From assembly GCA_053919585.1 (NCBI GenBank), contig CM132785.1: DNA of 64,000 bases; one strand, 5' to 3'. The notes beneath the pieces are model-generated. The model did no database searches. It was given only the letters and a program-made list of their open reading frames with translations, and was not told where the DNA came from. This document shows, piece by piece, positions 58,001 through 61,000 of this stretch; position 1 is the first letter of the stretch, and the number at the start of each line of letters is the position of its first letter. This DNA comes from Euprymna scolopes. Its lineage: Eukaryota. The position numbers and the translations under genes are program-made.

Positions 58001-61000
58001 TAAGATCTAATTAATATAATTAATAATTATGTTTTGATAGTAATAATATAATATAATGTTATTATTTATACTTATTTGGGTAATTTTAAACTATTGTAGA
58101 ATGAAATTTAAATTTGTGAATAGTTACTTTGTATTGGAAAGCAGCATGAATTATAATAAAGGAAAAATTATCACATAAAATGCAAAATGACTTTGAAGCT
58201 TAAATTTACCTTGATAATTAATTTTAATATTATTTTTTTATTTACATTCATATATAGATCACCCTTAATAAAATAATTCTATTGTTATAACATGGAGGTG
58301 GGGAAATATACACATTTTACAAATTAAATATAAATTAAAAATTATATATATATATATATAATTATTTTGTTATGTTACTGTTATTAGAGATTAATATAAT
58401 GTTAATGGCTAAGGAGAGATTCATATTCAAAAGTGTATTCTAACCTCCTTTTCCGCCTTCCAGTTTGAATAAGGCAACTCTCGACTTGTGAATATCAGCA
58501 TCGAGTCCAGGAAGACCGAGACTGATGCTGTCTCTAATGGTTGCATCCAAAAGTTTCTTATCTTTTGCTTTCAATGCTGCTTTGTGCTGTTCACGTAAGT
58601 CGTCGATGGAAATATCTCCTAATAATTGAAAGTTAATTTATTTGAAAAACATAATATTCAATATATTTAAATTCATTAATTTTCGTGTTTGTTTATAATA
58701 AAATACTAATTAACATGATTTAAGAAATGTGGTTATATTGTCTTTGAATAATATTCTTTAACAAATCTAAATGATTTCTTCAAAGTTTTACTATAAATGA
58801 TACGGATTATTTACTGTACAAAATAGTTCTAAACTTTTACTATTTATAACAGATAATCATTTTTTAATCGAACCTCCATATCCGCCACTCAATTTGAAGA
58901 GTGCTTCCCGGGCCTCACAAAGATCGAACGCCAGTTCTGGATACTTGGCTTCCTCAGCAATGTCAATAAGTTGTTCTAATTTGAGTCGATCATTGTTCTT
59001 CACAGCTAATCGCAGTTGGTCACGCAATGTTTCTGGTGTCAAATCGTCCAGGGAAATGTCTGTATGAAATCAGATTCCAATAGTCAGAAATATATTTCAC
59101 TTTTTTATGATAAAGATAATGTAAAAGTTTTTATTTTTATTGTAATGATGTATTGACTTTCTTGATTATTAATGAATTGTTTTATATTGCGTTTATAAAA
59201 GCATTTATATTAGAATTATTTATTTTTCTATATTTAGCATTGCTAATGTAGCAATACGTTGTAATGCACCGATTTAAAGTATATATGAAATTATATTTTA
59301 TTTTTAAGACTCAAACATTCACAGAATTTATAATTTAAAAAATAACATAAAAATGCAAGCATTTTTTCAGCTAGGAAAAAATGTGTAAGGGACTTATACG
59401 TCCGAATATTAACACTAAATTTATTTATTAACACTTTATAAGAAATGCGCCATGTAAGGATGATGCTGTATTTCAGTATAAAATATTCAGATACTCAGAT
59501 TCAATGATAGCCTTAATGCTTGTTTTAAATCAAATCATCAATAAACTGATGCGAACCTGTTTCTCCATATTTCTTACGGAACAAGCTGAACTTTGGCAGT
59601 TTCATTTCGAATTTTGGAAACGACCATGATCCTGATAAGTGAAATGCAATATTATACAATATTAGAATTAATTTGACAGGAAATGATATAATTTTATAAT
59701 GAATTGCTTTTACTGATACTTCAGTGTGCACCAACTAGAAATACTTATATTTTATTAATAGTAAATAAGAATTTGAGAGTATATATTATAATGAAGGAAT
59801 TTTACCCATTATATAAGGTCGATTATTGCATAAATTAAGTTAAATTTTTTAGGTTAACTAAACAATATAATAATTGTTAAATGATGTTTATAAATGTGTA
59901 CATGTAATTAAAGCAAAATACGTCCAAGTAATTTAAAACTTTATAGAATATAATCTTTAAATGAAATTAGTGGGTGCAAACACTATATGATATACTTATC
60001 TAACCTTCAACATCCGCTTCCATTTTTGGAAGGGCTTCACGGGCCTCTTTCAGATCAAGTTCAAGTTCTGGATATTGGGCTTTCTCAGCCTCCAAGATAA
60101 GCTTCTCAAGTGCGGGCCTATCATTGTTCTTCATAGCTAACCGCATTTGGGCACGTAGGTCTTCGGGGGACATCAATTCGATTGTAACATCTATATAAAA
60201 TTATTACGTTTTTGTAGTTTTTTTATTAGAAACAATAATATAAATAAGCATTTTTTTTAATGTTTTATACATAATATTGCAATTCATCTACAAATTTAAA
60301 TCTCCCAAATCTAATAAAAATAAGCATTTAACTGTGATTTAATTTGATTTAAATTTGGAAATAATCGCTTGAGATTTAATTTTAAACGCATGCTCTATTA
60401 TAGCACAGTTTTAATGGAAATAATTTATAGTGTTATCTAGTAAAAGTTAGTTATTACCGTTTATATAATGAGAATGGCTTTTTTATTTGCAAATTTATAT
60501 ACCAACATTACGTAACGATATTTACAGAAAGTTCAATATATGTTCATAATATGATAGCGAAATCATTAAATATCTTATATTTTTCGTTCAATAATCGTTA
60601 CAGTTATAATTCATAAATAAGAAACTAAAAAATAGCGAACCTTTACCTTTTTTCTTCTTAGAGAAGAGTCCAAAGCTGGGCATTTTGATATTAATGTCTG
60701 GGAACGACAAAGATCCTGATGACCAAAATTAAATATGTTTTAATGAATTCAGAATAAATTTCGATATATTACAATCATTTTTAAACCACTCATTACCTTG
60801 AGTCAGAGTTATTTTTAATAAGAGAATTAATCATGTTTCATAATGTACTGAATGAAACTTATGATAAAATATGTATTTTACTCAGTTTAAAATTTTACAA
60901 ACGTAAGTTTTAGTCGATCAAAATTTGATAAATATTTTTCTATTAAAAATCTAATCAGAATTCGGAATATTACTGAATAAATTACACTTTAATGCAAATC